Positions 1 to 10,016 of a DNA stretch of 33,573 nucleotides are shown here, one piece after another. How positions within the stretch are numbered: the stretch's first letter is position 1; each line of letters starts with the position of its first letter. The notes under the pieces were generated by a model. That model was not told the origin of the DNA, searched no databases, and worked only from the letters and a program-made list of their open reading frames with translations. The stretch is from the IMG/VR virus record IMGVR_UViG_3300023205_000110; one strand, given 5' to 3'. A program made the position numbers and the translations under genes. This stretch comes from an uncultured virus (IMG/VR IMGVR_UViG_3300023205_000110). Lineage: Duplodnaviria > Heunggongvirae > Uroviricota > Caudoviricetes > Crassvirales.

Positions 1-1598
1 GTCATATCACATTCCATTTTAGCAGTCTGTTCAATCCCTTGAATAAGTTGCCCAAGTTCCGTAATATAATTATTCATACGACTTTCAAGATAACGAACAT
101 TTTGTGCTTTAACTAAATTAGCATCATCTTCATCATCAATATAAAGTACACCATCAGCAGCCATACGATATATAGTTTCAGCAGGTTTTTTACCAAGAAG
201 AGATTTAGCAATCATAAGAACATTCATCTTATTTTTAGCAATAGCCATTTCTCTATGATAAGAAACTATATTACGAAATACTTGATAAGGAATAACTGTA
301 TCTACAACACTAAATCTTCCAAAACCAGGCAAAAGTTCTGCAATACCATTATAAGGAAGTTTACCATTCCTATTGTAAGCAATAGGACGAGCCTTATAAG
401 GATATATACTTGTAGCACGAGAGCCAATTCTAACGCTCTCATAAACTTGTGGACGCCACACCCATTCAATACTAATATCACCACCAGCAGGGTTAAGCTG
501 ATAAGTTTCATCAACAATTCTTGTTGTAACAAATGCTCCATTACTATATGTAAGAATACCTTCTTTTATTTCACCTCTCCAAACAGTATGCCAAACTTCA
601 AATAAACCATTATTAGCATCACGAGCCATTATATTAGTGTTCTTAATATGTTGCAAATCATCTTTATTAAATTTACTACATATATCACCAAAATAATACA
701 TATATTTATCCCAATTTAAAAGTGCTTTATCGCTAGAAGTAGTAGCACTATATTGATAATATGTATCAAGAGCTTCACGTTCTTTTTCAGAAAGATATTC
801 ATAAAATTCATCTATAATTTGTTGTTTAGTTAACATACGACGTTCAGCAAACATATCATAATCTTCTGCAAACATACTATCGTTAGGAACAGGAAAAGCA
901 TCTCTAACACTAACAACACGTTTAATTAATTGACTACCTACAACATCTCTATATGTATAACAAGCTCCAAAAGCAACAAATTCAAAATAAGCTCTAGCGT
1001 ATATAGTAAAAGCATCAGTAAGGTCATCAATAACATTAATTAAATCTTGTCCTTGTGCACTAATATCATCAATAAAATTTTCATTAAATTCTTTAATAAA
1101 AGCTTCAATATCAACAGCTTGTTCAGGATTAAATTGTTCAGGATTATTACCTTCATTAACAAACTGCATATAACTTTCTTGTATTTTCTTAGCAACAGCT
1201 TGTTCTGCAAGCATCATAATTTGTTTACCAAGTTCAGCATCTCTAGCAAATACAACTTCTGGATTATTAGCTCCAACAATAAAATCATGCGGATTTTTAA
1301 TATATTCACCAATATATCTTCTAATAATACCTTTCATCATATCATAATTACGCATAGTAGCTGGAAAACGAGTAAGATTTTCATCTTTCTCATTATAAGG
1401 ATTAAGAGTTTTTCTATAATATTCTCTAGGAATATTGCCAAGAAGAATATTAAACTTTTCTTCTACATTAAAATCAGCTTTACAAGCAATACCAGCTTCT
1501 ATAACATAATCACAACATTTAGCATACCAATCAACTTCTTGTTTTTCAGCATAACTAACGTGCTGATTAGGAAAATCAAGTCTACCAAAATTATACAT
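1..1598 (-). CDS. Portal protein (runs off the left edge)
   Basis: Not in the ORF track because it has no stop in the window. ATG at 1598 reads MYNFGRLDFPNQHVSYAEKQEVDWYAKCCDY...RFPATMRNYDMMKGIIRRYIGEY. It lies directly downstream of the terminase, matching crAss-like gene order. Confidence 0.85.
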   Translation of the reverse strand, partial: MYNFGRLDFPNQHVSYAEKQEVDWYAKCCDYVIEAGIACKADFNVEEKFNILLGNIPREYYRKTLNPYNEKDENLTRFPATMRNYDMMKGIIRRYIGEYIKNPHDFIVGANNPEVVFARDAELGKQIMMLAEQAVAKKIQESYMQFVNEGNNPEQFNPEQAVDIEAFIKEFNENFIDDISAQGQDLINVIDDLTDAFTIYARAYFEFVAFGACYTYRDVVGSQLIKRVVSVRDAFPVPNDSMFAEDYDMFAERRMLTKQQIIDEFYEYLSEKEREALDTYYQYSATTSSDKALLNWDKYMYYFGDICSKFNKDDLQHIKNTNIMARDANNGLFEVWHTVWRGEIKEGILTYSNGAFVTTRIVDETYQLNPAGGDISIEWVWRPQVYESVRIGSRATSIYPYKARPIAYNRNGKLPYNGIAELLPGFGRFSVVDTVIPYQVFRNIVSYHREMAIAKNKMNVLMIAKSLLGKKPAETIYRMAADGVLYIDDEDDANLVKAQNVRYLESRMNNYITELGQLIQGIEQTAKMECDM

Positions 1599-1616
1599 AT
1601 CTTTATCTATTTAATC

Positions 1617-3872
1617 TTAAAACCATTGTCTATTAAAAATATCTGTTTTATCATTATCTTCTGTAACTTTCTTACGACTAGCAAGTTCTCGTTTACCTTT
1701 AATATCAATAGACTTCCAATATATACCTAAAAGTATAAGACTAGATATACGGTCAAAATTACCTTCGGCATTAAACTTTTTAAGTTCAAGAATTGTTTGA
1801 TAATCAAGAAATCTTTCAAAAACATAAATATCTTCTCCAAATTCATTCTTACCAATAACTTCATATAAGAACTCTTTAAGAAGTCGAAGACCATCTAGTT
1901 TCTTAGGACCACTACCAATATTATAACCATAACTAGTACTAACTTTTTCTTTAACAGTAGAATCCCAAACATATAAAGGTTCATAACCTAGATATTTAGT
2001 AGCTTTCCATTTACGAAAATTAGAAACAGTTTCACCACGATTTATTTCTACAAGTCCAGTACCAATACAATTATACCATTTACATAAACGATAAAACTTT
2101 TCATCAGCTTCTTCTAGTCTTTCAGTACGTCCATAATATGCAGCACATAACTTAGGTTTAAATCCATTACGTTCTCTAGGCATTTCAATAACAAATATAC
2201 TATTATGAGAATGTCTATCAGTAATTTCTTTTTTATCTTTATCAATACCAACAGGGTCATAAACTACAACATAAGTACCGGGAAGAATACTTCTTATAAG
2301 TCTATCGCCAATATATGTTTCTTCATATTCTGGGGCAAACCAAACTCTTATACAACCATGAGGATCTTCATTGCCACGTCTAGGAACTCCTTGAATATAA
2401 TCATAAGTTTTCATATCAGGATTTTCAATTCTTATACGAGCATTAGATTTAAAATAAATCTTTTTAGTTCCATCTTCAAATAGTTCACCATCAGTATAAA
2501 ACTTATAACTATTATCAACTCGAAGTTTATCTTCAAACTTATTAAGAGCTTCACTACTAAATATATTTTCACTAGCACTACTAAAAGATTCAGCAGGAAA
2601 TAAAGCACGCTGACCAAGATAATTAAGATATTCTGCAAAAGTCTTAGCAGTCTTTTTCTTTTCAATTCTTTCTCGTGCAGCAAGCTGAAGCCCTATTCGT
2701 AGATTACTATTTCCATCTTCATCAAATCCTTTAACTCCATCTATCTCTCCTTCAAGACCCCAAGCATAAGATTTAAAGAATCCACAAACTTCATTACGAG
2801 CATCATTATCAAAAACATTTTCAAAAGCCATAAATCCAAATGCTCTAGGATTATAAAAGTTTTGTTCAAATATTTGCATATTAGCAGCAGTAGCAGTTCC
2901 CCAAGCCATAAGAGTACCAGTAGTACGAGTACCAACAGTCATTGTAGGTTCGGTTACATTCATAAACTCATCAAAATTCTGCATTGTAGATAGCTCTTCA
3001 ACTTTAATTGTAACAGCATCTTTACCAATAGCACAGTCAGGATTATTATTAGCACTAACACTTAAAAGAGAACTAGACCAACTATCATCAGCTTCAACTC
3101 CATTTTTCATACGATAACCAAGTTTAAAACTATCAGTAGTAGGACTATATATACCTCTTTTAAACGGAGTCTTTTCTTCAAAGAACTTTAAGTTATTAAC
3201 AGCAAAATCACTTAAACCACCTTGTTTAATTAAGTATTTATTATCAGCCGCAACATGAATAACAACTTTATGTTTAGATAAGTTAACTTCATTAGAACTA
3301 TCAGCAGCCATAATATAAGAAAAACCCCCACGTCGAGTTTTATCAATAATAAGATGTAAACCATTACGTCTACAAAATTCTATAATTTGCCAAGTCCAAA
3401 ATTGAGCATCAATAAAACTAGGAAAACTATAAATCTTTTTAGCAGTAGCTCCATGTTCAGTAACAATAACAGATGATTCATCTGTACGTTCCATACGAGT
3501 ATAATTAAGAAAATTATAATGACCACCTGTTATCCAAACATCTTCTATACTTCCATCTGGATTTTGCCAACAAGGAGCAGAAAAACCATTACGTCGTCTA
3601 TCACATTCTCTACGTCTAAATTGTCTATGAGGAATACTATCAACTTTAAATTGAGTATATTTACCTGTGGCTTGATATGTTCTAGCAGCTTCATTAAAAA
3701 GTTCAGTATTAACAAATTTGCCAGGTCTAATATTTAAAAGAAAGCCACCACTATCTCCAATTAAAAAGTTATTATGAGGGTCATACCATCCACAATCACT
3801 AGCTTTCTTATACTTTTTCTCTTTATCAGGTTCTTCAATGTATTCTAGAAAAGGATATTTACCATCAGCCAT
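1617..3872 (-). CDS. terL: Terminase large subunit
   Basis: 751 aa. Walker A-like KTRRGGFS, Walker B-like TIKVEE, RNase H-like nuclease motifs VVYDPVG and FDRISS. Adjacent to the portal. Confidence 0.92.
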   Translation of the reverse strand: MADGKYPFLEYIEEPDKEKKYKKASDCGWYDPHNNFLIGDSGGFLLNIRPGKFVNTELFNEAARTYQATGKYTQFKVDSIPHRQFRRRECDRRRNGFSAPCWQNPDGSIEDVWITGGHYNFLNYTRMERTDESSVIVTEHGATAKKIYSFPSFIDAQFWTWQIIEFCRRNGLHLIIDKTRRGGFSYIMAADSSNEVNLSKHKVVIHVAADNKYLIKQGGLSDFAVNNLKFFEEKTPFKRGIYSPTTDSFKLGYRMKNGVEADDSWSSSLLSVSANNNPDCAIGKDAVTIKVEELSTMQNFDEFMNVTEPTMTVGTRTTGTLMAWGTATAANMQIFEQNFYNPRAFGFMAFENVFDNDARNEVCGFFKSYAWGLEGEIDGVKGFDEDGNSNLRIGLQLAARERIEKKKTAKTFAEYLNYLGQRALFPAESFSSASENIFSSEALNKFEDKLRVDNSYKFYTDGELFEDGTKKIYFKSNARIRIENPDMKTYDYIQGVPRRGNEDPHGCIRVWFAPEYEETYIGDRLIRSILPGTYVVVYDPVGIDKDKKEITDRHSHNSIFVIEMPRERNGFKPKLCAAYYGRTERLEEADEKFYRLCKWYNCIGTGLVEINRGETVSNFRKWKATKYLGYEPLYVWDSTVKEKVSTSYGYNIGSGPKKLDGLRLLKEFLYEVIGKNEFGEDIYVFERFLDYQTILELKKFNAEGNFDRISSLILLGIYWKSIDIKGKRELASRKKVTEDNDKTDIFNRQWF

Positions 3873-3878
3873 AATATT

Positions 3879-4301
3879 TTATTTAACTAGTAAACAAACA
3901 ACAAAAGCGATAGCGCAAACAGCACCACCGCTTACCAAATATCTATTCTTACGTTTAATACGTTCAATAGACTTATTTAAATTATCATTTACTTTATTAC
4001 TATTATCAAGATTATTTTGTAAAGTTTCAACTTCTTTATAAAGAGCATTATATTTAATCTTATGGAGATTAATTATACTATCTTGTTCGTTAATAATATC
4101 TTTATAAAGTTTAGCTTTAATAATTTTAGTATTAGCAATCTTAATCATATTAATAGGAACAAGAACAGTTGTATCAGTAGCGTTGACTCCCCGTGGAGGA
4201 TGCACTACATTATCAATCTCACTCTGACACCAACTTCTTGAATAACTCCCAAGTAGCACTGTCATTAAGACTAATAACTTTATCTTCAATATCTTTTTCA
4301 T
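3879..4301 (-). CDS. Spanin-like protein (signal/lipobox-like N-terminus, coiled coil, C-terminal TM helix)
   Basis: Hydrophobic N-terminus followed by Cys, heptad-rich middle, C-terminal YLVSGGAVCAIAFVVCLLVK. Overlaps the 3' end of 4219-4497, next to the endolysin. Confidence 0.55.
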   Translation of the reverse strand: MKKILKIKLLVLMTVLLGSYSRSWCQSEIDNVVHPPRGVNATDTTVLVPINMIKIANTKIIKAKLYKDIINEQDSIINLHKIKYNALYKEVETLQNNLDNSNKVNDNLNKSIERIKRKNRYLVSGGAVCAIAFVVCLLVK

Positions 4302-4497
4302 GTTCTTTAAGTTTATAAACTATACTTTCTCTTTCAGTTATAACTAACTGTATAGAATCAATCCGAACATGATTAATAGCAGTGTCACTTTTATTATATG
4401 AATTGGCTTCTACACTAAAACGACTTATTGATAAATACAGAGTAACACATAAATTAATAATCGCTATTATAAATATTGCTATTAACATCTTCTTCAT
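4219..4497 (-). CDS. Membrane-anchored coiled-coil protein, i-spanin-like
   Basis: N-terminal TM (MLIAIFIIAIINLCVTLYLSI) followed by helical sequence. Immediately downstream of the endolysin. Confidence 0.55.
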   Translation of the reverse strand: MKKMLIAIFIIAIINLCVTLYLSISRFSVEANSYNKSDTAINHVRIDSIQLVITERESIVYKLKEHEKDIEDKVISLNDSATWELFKKLVSE

Positions 4498-4516
4498 AAT
4501 TCTATACAGTATTAAG

Positions 4517-4945
4517 TTAATCTTTTATTTCTATAAGTTTATTAAGCAAATCAAGGTTCCATCTACCAGTTTCTTTAAGTCCAAGAACTCTTTGAGCCAT
4601 CTTGATAGCTGCAACTTGACCACAATTCACGTTAGTATCAAATAATTGTTCAGCAACTCTCTGACTATTAAAATCATCAAGTTCAAATACATCCCAATAA
4701 CCTATTTTATACTTTTCCCAAACAAGTTTCTGAAGCTGAACGTCATTATCAAGCTTAGACTTAAACTCTTTACTACCAACAGTATAATGTTTCTTATAAG
4801 AATCAATCATAGTCCAACCTTGCCAAGTAGGATTATATTTACGACTGATACCTCTATAAGTTTCTCCACCAGCATCATCTTTATCGTTTACATAACCACC
4901 TTCTTTAATAGATAGTTTTTTAAAAGCATCTCCAAAGTAAGCCAT
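4517..4945 (-). CDS. Endolysin, glycoside hydrolase family 108
   Basis: EGGYVNDKDDAGGETYRGIS matches the GH108 EGGY(V/S)NxxxDxGGxTxxGI signature. FDTNVNCG motif also present. Confidence 0.9.
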   Translation of the reverse strand: MAYFGDAFKKLSIKEGGYVNDKDDAGGETYRGISRKYNPTWQGWTMIDSYKKHYTVGSKEFKSKLDNDVQLQKLVWEKYKIGYWDVFELDDFNSQRVAEQLFDTNVNCGQVAAIKMAQRVLGLKETGRWNLDLLNKLIEIKD

Positions 4946-4948
4946 AAT

Positions 4949-5146
4949 TTAATTTATATAAGGATTAGTACAATATCTAAAACAATCAACAGCGTCATAA
5001 TATTCATCTTCATCAAATTCTTTAATTGTAACCCAAAACCAAAGAACTTTAATTTGAACTTTATAAATCACAAATTCAAAGTCATCACCAATATGATGTT
5101 CATCACCAATTAATCTTATATTTTTTCTACGATTAATAATATACAT
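4949..5146 (-). CDS. Hypothetical protein
   Basis: 65-aa ORF packed within 3-4 nt of both neighbours. Confidence 0.65.
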   Translation of the reverse strand: MYIINRRKNIRLIGDEHHIGDDFEFVIYKVQIKVLWFWVTIKEFDEDEYYDAVDCFRYCTNPYIN

Positions 5147-5149
5147 AAC

Positions 5150-5500
5150 TTATTCTTCAAGAGTTCTACGAATCCATGAACGTAAAAATTTGATATTATT
5201 TCCTTTACCAGCAATATCATTATAATATTTAATACGTTCAAGTTTATATTTAGCTATAAAATAATCAGCACTAATAGTAGTATCAGATTTATAAGCATTA
5301 AGAGAATCTTGAGTTCTACGAAGCAATTCTTTAGTTAAAACTAATTCATTAACAGCAGTAGAATCAGTAACAGGAACATAACGAATTTCAGGAACTGGAG
5401 TAATACGTTTAGTACATCCACTAGATAAACAAATAGCAAATATAACTAAAACAATAAATCCAATAATTACTCCAATTAAATTATCTTTATTCAATTTCAT
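5150..5500 (-). CDS. Putative lipoprotein, possibly o-spanin-like
   Basis: Hydrophobic signal ending in the lipobox-like LSSGC. Located in the lysis cassette. Confidence 0.55.
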   Translation of the reverse strand: MKLNKDNLIGVIIGFIVLVIFAICLSSGCTKRITPVPEIRYVPVTDSTAVNELVLTKELLRRTQDSLNAYKSDTTISADYFIAKYKLERIKYYNDIAGKGNNIKFLRSWIRRTLEE

Positions 5501-6504
5501 ATAGCAAGTTTAAATTGAGTTTGAACACCACTAGCTTTAATTTGTAATTCTCTATCTTTAAGAACTTTATTAATATCATCACGTAGATAATTCATAGTAA
5601 AGAATTTAGTAGTTTCAACAGGATTTTCTTTAATATGATAAAGACCATCAGAAAATCTTTTTGGCATACCATATTCATTAAGTTCAAAATCACTATCAAT
5701 ATGACATAACCAAATACCTTTAATAGTTAAACCAAGTATATATTCAACAGCAAAAGCATACATACTAAGTTGAAGATTATATATAGCACCATTACAATTA
5801 GGAAGATGATTAAGAGGAGCTAAAAGTCGTTCATCTTTATCAACCCAAACATTAGTTTGTTGTGCAGGTTTAACTGTTTTATCTTTCTTATAATAACCAC
5901 TACTAAATCTTAATCCATCACGATTTGTTTTCCAATCACCTACAACAGCACAATTAGTATCTTCATTAACTAGAAGAATATCAATAGTTCCACTAATTAA
6001 CCAATCTATAAGAAACATACCAATCTCACTATAAATCTTATATCCTCTTTCAGTGTACATTTTAAACGCATCATAAATAAGAGGATAACGATTATTAGTA
6101 AGTTCAATAAAATCTTTAAGATTAAGTAATTTATAACTAGCACCAAAATTTGGTATATCAGCAATAGTAACCATTACACCATCTTCACGTTTATCAAGAT
6201 AATTAATAGCTTGTTGAAACATAGATGCTCCTTTAACGCCATCTTCAAGACCATTATGAGTATTAGTTCCACGTTCACAAGCTTCTTTAGTAATAGTTGA
6301 CCATTGTTCTTCTAGTTTCTTCTCACTTATTCCTAATTCTTTAGACTTCTTTCTCAACCAATAGTTCTTATCGAACTTTGGAGCATAATTATGAAGGATA
6401 GTAGTAGTTGAAATATAATCATTACCTAGACTATCATTATACTTATGTTCTTCTTCATGAAAAATAAGTCTAATATCATTATATCTTTTATCTTTAAGTT
6501 CCAT
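5497..6504 (-). CDS. PD-(D/E)XK exonuclease family protein
   Basis: FHEEEHKY, ISTTTIL, RGTNTH, SGTIDILL, GDWKTN and YNLQLSMY motifs. Likely start is ATG 6504 (MELKDKRY) rather than the GTG inside the upstream hairpin. Confidence 0.8.
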   Translation of the reverse strand: MELKDKRYNDIRLIFHEEEHKYNDSLGNDYISTTTILHNYAPKFDKNYWLRKKSKELGISEKKLEEQWSTITKEACERGTNTHNGLEDGVKGASMFQQAINYLDKREDGVMVTIADIPNFGASYKLLNLKDFIELTNNRYPLIYDAFKMYTERGYKIYSEIGMFLIDWLISGTIDILLVNEDTNCAVVGDWKTNRDGLRFSSGYYKKDKTVKPAQQTNVWVDKDERLLAPLNHLPNCNGAIYNLQLSMYAFAVEYILGLTIKGIWLCHIDSDFELNEYGMPKRFSDGLYHIKENPVETTKFFTMNYLRDDINKVLKDRELQIKASGVQTQFKLAI

Positions 6505-6601
6505 ATTAATATTATTAAGTTCAACACTAGCTTGGACCCGCTTCGGCACTACGTGCCTACGCTAGACTCCCCGTGGAGGAATGGAGTAGATTAGCATCAG
6601 C

Positions 6602-7201
6602 TTATTCCTCAATCATACTACTAGTAATTTCAACTCCACCTCTACCAGCAACATTCTCTTGTTCATACAGAAGATTTTCTTCAGCTACATTAAGAGCTTT
6701 AATCGTGTTTGGAAACTGATTAGCTAAATCATTAATTTGTTTCATATAACCAATAACAACTGGAACATCTTCTAGACTAGCACCATCAGATAACTTGTCA
6801 TTCAACAATTCATTTAACTTGCTAGCAGCTAGAGCAACATTATGAATACCACGCTTAATATTAAGTACAGCTTCCATACCTGCACCAGCTTTTTGATTAT
6901 AATATCTTTTAATAAGTTTCCAAACAAGAATATCAGGTTGATAATTTTTAGGTAAATCAAAGTTTTCAATAGCTTTCTTAAGAGCTTCTTTTTCACTAAG
7001 ACCTTCTTGTAGACACGGACCTTTAGGGTCACCAAGATAATAAATAACTCCAACTTCTTTAACATACATCTCTTTATTAGGAGATTTATCTCTAGTATAA
7101 AGAAGACTAACATCTCTATCAAGAAGTTGTTTAAGTGTAGGAGCTTTTGGCATACCAGTTTCATCTATGGTCAGCATCCAATCCAATTCCAAACCGTTCA
7201 T
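6602..7201 (-). CDS. Hypothetical phage protein
   Basis: 199-aa ORF in an operon-like arrangement. Confidence 0.75.
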   Translation of the reverse strand: MNGLELDWMLTIDETGMPKAPTLKQLLDRDVSLLYTRDKSPNKEMYVKEVGVIYYLGDPKGPCLQEGLSEKEALKKAIENFDLPKNYQPDILVWKLIKRYYNQKAGAGMEAVLNIKRGIHNVALAASKLNELLNDKLSDGASLEDVPVVIGYMKQINDLANQFPNTIKALNVAEENLLYEQENVAGRGGVEITSSMIEE

Positions 7202-7727
7202 ATATTTCTTCTACTTCTTCATCAAATTCAATAATTTCAAGTTTACCCATAGCATATAGCCAAAGATTAGCATAAGCAGCACTATGTTTTTTACTTAGTT
7301 TAATCCAAATAGGAAGAAGTTTCTTTTTAAACTTATGTTCAGTCTTAATCTTTTCTTCTTCTTCATAATGTTTTTGCTTTTCTTCTTCCATAACTTTAGC
7401 AGTATATTCTTTATACTCTTCTCTAGTCATAGTTTTTCTAGCTTCTTTAAAGTCTTTATAATGACTAATAAGTTTGGAACGATACCAATTCTTTTGAATA
7501 GTGCCAATATGAGGAATAGCAACACATTTATCTTTTCGTATATTAATACTAGCTTCTTTTTCAAGATTTTCAATAATAGATTTACAAAGTATTCTATCAT
7601 CACCTTGAAATCCAATATCATCTAATATATTATTTATATCTTTATAGATAAGAATATAATCATCATCAAAATCTTCTTGAGAACTAGTATTAGCAATATT
7701 AAAACTAGTATTAGTCTTAAAATCCAT
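7161..7727 (-). CDS. Hypothetical protein, weak HU/IHF-like segment
   Basis: 188 aa. SIIENLEKEASINIRKDKCVAIPHIGTIQ resembles HU helix 2 plus the beta-strand motif. Function uncertain. Confidence 0.6.
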   Translation of the reverse strand: MDFKTNTSFNIANTSSQEDFDDDYILIYKDINNILDDIGFQGDDRILCKSIIENLEKEASINIRKDKCVAIPHIGTIQKNWYRSKLISHYKDFKEARKTMTREEYKEYTAKVMEEEKQKHYEEEEKIKTEHKFKKKLLPIWIKLSKKHSAAYANLWLYAMGKLEIIEFDEEVEEIYERFGIGLDADHR

Positions 7728-7741
7728 AATTGAAAGTTTAA

Positions 7742-7825
7742 GAACTCTTCTTAGATTACTACTATAAACAAGAACACAAGTACCTATAATTTTAAATTAT
7801 ACATAAGTAGTTCTAAGAAGAGTTC
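7742..7825. repeat. Intergenic inverted repeat with 14-bp perfect arms
   Basis: GAACTCTTCTTAGA (7742-7755) / TCTAAGAAGAGTTC (7812-7825). Confidence 0.75.
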
Positions 7826-7844
7826 GATTATTTAGACGAAATGG

Positions 7845-8384
7845 CTAATTAGCTTTTTCAGCAGAATGATAAACAAAAGGATTAATAGCTTTATGTTTAT
7901 CAGTAATAGCAGCTCTTAAATCATTAATAGCTATAACTTTAAATTCAACAAACCAAACTTTTTGTCCTTTTGTATATCCTTGATTTTGTCCAAAAGTACC
8001 AACAGTAATAGAACGAGTTAGTTCAGTATCATTAGTAATATACTTATTAACAAATTGAGGACTAAGAACATTATGTTTAAGATAAAGATGATAGCCACGT
8101 TCAAGAGTAGAACGGTCAATAATAATCTTATCCATTTGATTCATACCAATAAGTTCAGCATCTTCTTTACTAATCTTAGCAATAATTGGCATAACCTCAA
8201 CTGTACTAACTTTATTATTAATAACACCAAACAAACTTTCATTTTGGCAAAGAGCAACAATACAATAATGTTTAGCAATAACTACATTAGTAAGAATAGC
8301 GTCAAGTGCTTCACTTGTTATTTCGCTAATGTCAGTAGGTATTTGAATACCAAAATCTTTAAATTTACTTTCAACTTTAATCAT
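7845..8384 (-). CDS. Hypothetical phage protein
   Basis: 179-aa ORF with protein-like composition. Confidence 0.8.
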   Translation of the reverse strand: MIKVESKFKDFGIQIPTDISEITSEALDAILTNVVIAKHYCIVALCQNESLFGVINNKVSTVEVMPIIAKISKEDAELIGMNQMDKIIIDRSTLERGYHLYLKHNVLSPQFVNKYITNDTELTRSITVGTFGQNQGYTKGQKVWFVEFKVIAINDLRAAITDKHKAINPFVYHSAEKAN

Positions 8385-8392
8385 AACCTAAA

Positions 8393-8533
8393 TTATTTAG
8401 TTTTAATAATACTATCAATACCAATATTTCCAAGTTTAAGTTTACTAGGAACTTTAACTTCTTTTTTATTCCTTTCACCACTATGAAATTCTCTAGTGTA
8501 TTTAGGTTTAGTTTCACTTTTATCTTTACCCAT
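8393..8533 (-). CDS. Small basic protein (46 aa), first gene of the leftward operon
   Basis: Read manually as MGKDKSETKPKYTREFHSGERNKKEVKVPSKLKLGNIGIDSIIKTK. Lies between a promoter and the 7845-8384 gene. Confidence 0.6.
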   Translation of the reverse strand: MGKDKSETKPKYTREFHSGERNKKEVKVPSKLKLGNIGIDSIIKTK

Positions 8534-8550
8534 AACTTAATTGTTTTTAG

Positions 8551-8581
8551 CAAATGTAAGAGTTTGAATGAATCTACCAAG
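8551..8581 (-). promoter_or_regulatory. Bacteroidota-type sigma70 promoter (leftward)
   Basis: -7 element TACATTTG (8558-8551) with CTTG 19 nt upstream. Consensus is TTTG-N19-21-TAnnTTTG. Confidence 0.6.
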
Positions 8582-8919
8582 AGAAAAACTATTTTTAACA
8601 TTTCAATCGTAGAGGATTATATGATTATAAATATGCAAGTCATACTCCCCGTGGAGGATGGAGATGAGTTAGGCTTAATCATATTAGTATTAATGATATT
8701 AATAGAGATAATGATAATGATTATAGTATTGATTAACTTGATGTGATTGATACTGATTGTATTCGTCCTCTACGGGGAGTTGAGCGGAGAGCGAAGCTCG
8801 GAGCGGGTCACAGCGAATCTATTAATGCTGATTATATTAAATATTATATATAATATATATCTATATAGATACTATTGCTAACTTATAATTACTTGATTAT
8901 CAATAAGTTACAAATACTA

Positions 8920-8990
8920 ATTTATACCATACATGGAATAGATTTCGCTATTTATTTGCTATATTTATACCATACATGGAATAGATTTCG
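8920..8990 (+). repeat. 28-bp perfect direct repeat pair (iteron/operator-like) upstream of the RepL-like gene
   Basis: ATTTATACCATACATGGAATAGATTTCG at 8920-8947 and 8963-8990. Confidence 0.9.
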
Positions 8991-9041
8991 ACATTTCCTA
9001 GAGTAATATATTTTTATGTTAAACTTAATACTATTATTGTT

Positions 9042-9698
9042 ATGACTTTTAAAGAAGATTTTAAACCTACTAAAGTTTATAACAAACTTGTTAATGATGT
9101 TTGTTATAATGCTGATTGCTTAGAAGAATTTGAAAAACAAAGACTTGTTGTTGCTAATCCTTTTAGTTATAATAAAAATACCAGAACTGGTATAGTTGCT
9201 GAATTTGATAATGGTTATCATCTTAGTAAAGAAGTTGGTATTAAACGTAATTTTGTTACTATTAGTATGAGAGTTTGGGATATAATAAGAAAAAATAGAT
9301 ATGCTGTTATTATTTCTTTTATTGGTTATATTGCTGAAAATATTAAATTTAATAGTAATGTTATTTATATTTCTCATGATTTAATTAAAGGTTATGGTTT
9401 AGTTAAGCCTAATTATAGAGATTATTATAACGCTATTGCTTATCTTGAAGATGAAAATATTATTAAAAGAACTAATATTAGAAATATTTATGTTGTTAAT
9501 CCTATTTACATATTTAGAGGTGATGTTAACAAACTTATTAATATTATTAGTGAAGCTAAATTAATAAAAACTTTTGATGATAAAGATAGACTTATAGTTG
9601 ATAAATTTATTTTATTTAAAAATGATACTGATAAAGGTATTGTAATTGCGAATAAAGATTTGTATGCAACTGAAGTTATAGATATTGGTGAGGACTGA
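9042..9698 (+). CDS. RepL-like (plasmid replication initiator family) winged-helix protein
   Basis: HTH-like YYNAIAYLEDENIIKR followed by the RepL-type YVVNPIYIFRG motif. Confidence 0.7.
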   Translation: MTFKEDFKPTKVYNKLVNDVCYNADCLEEFEKQRLVVANPFSYNKNTRTGIVAEFDNGYHLSKEVGIKRNFVTISMRVWDIIRKNRYAVIISFIGYIAENIKFNSNVIYISHDLIKGYGLVKPNYRDYYNAIAYLEDENIIKRTNIRNIYVVNPIYIFRGDVNKLINIISEAKLIKTFDDKDRLIVDKFILFKNDTDKGIVIANKDLYATEVIDIGED

Positions 9699-10016
9699 GT
9701 TAAATATAATAGTAATGATAGTAAGGATAATGACGAAAATACTGAAGATAAAAATTATGAAGATAATAGTAATGTATATTAATGTTTTGATAATGATAGT
9801 AAGAATGTTGAAGATGATAGTAAAAGTGATAGTATTGAAAATAATGTATATTAATGTTTTGGTGAGGCTAGTGAGTATAAGGGGTGGGTCATTAAACTCG
9901 TCTTGACTACCCCCGTCAAGTTCTAGGAGAAAGTAAAGTTCTCGCTCTCATTATCAACATTAAATACATTGAGATTATTCATCTCATTATATTACTAACT
10001 ATTAATACCAATCATT

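Noticed and set aside
5497..6504. Calling the nuclease Cas4
   Set aside because: The PD-(D/E)XK core is present, but the Cas4 four-cysteine Fe-S pattern is not evident.
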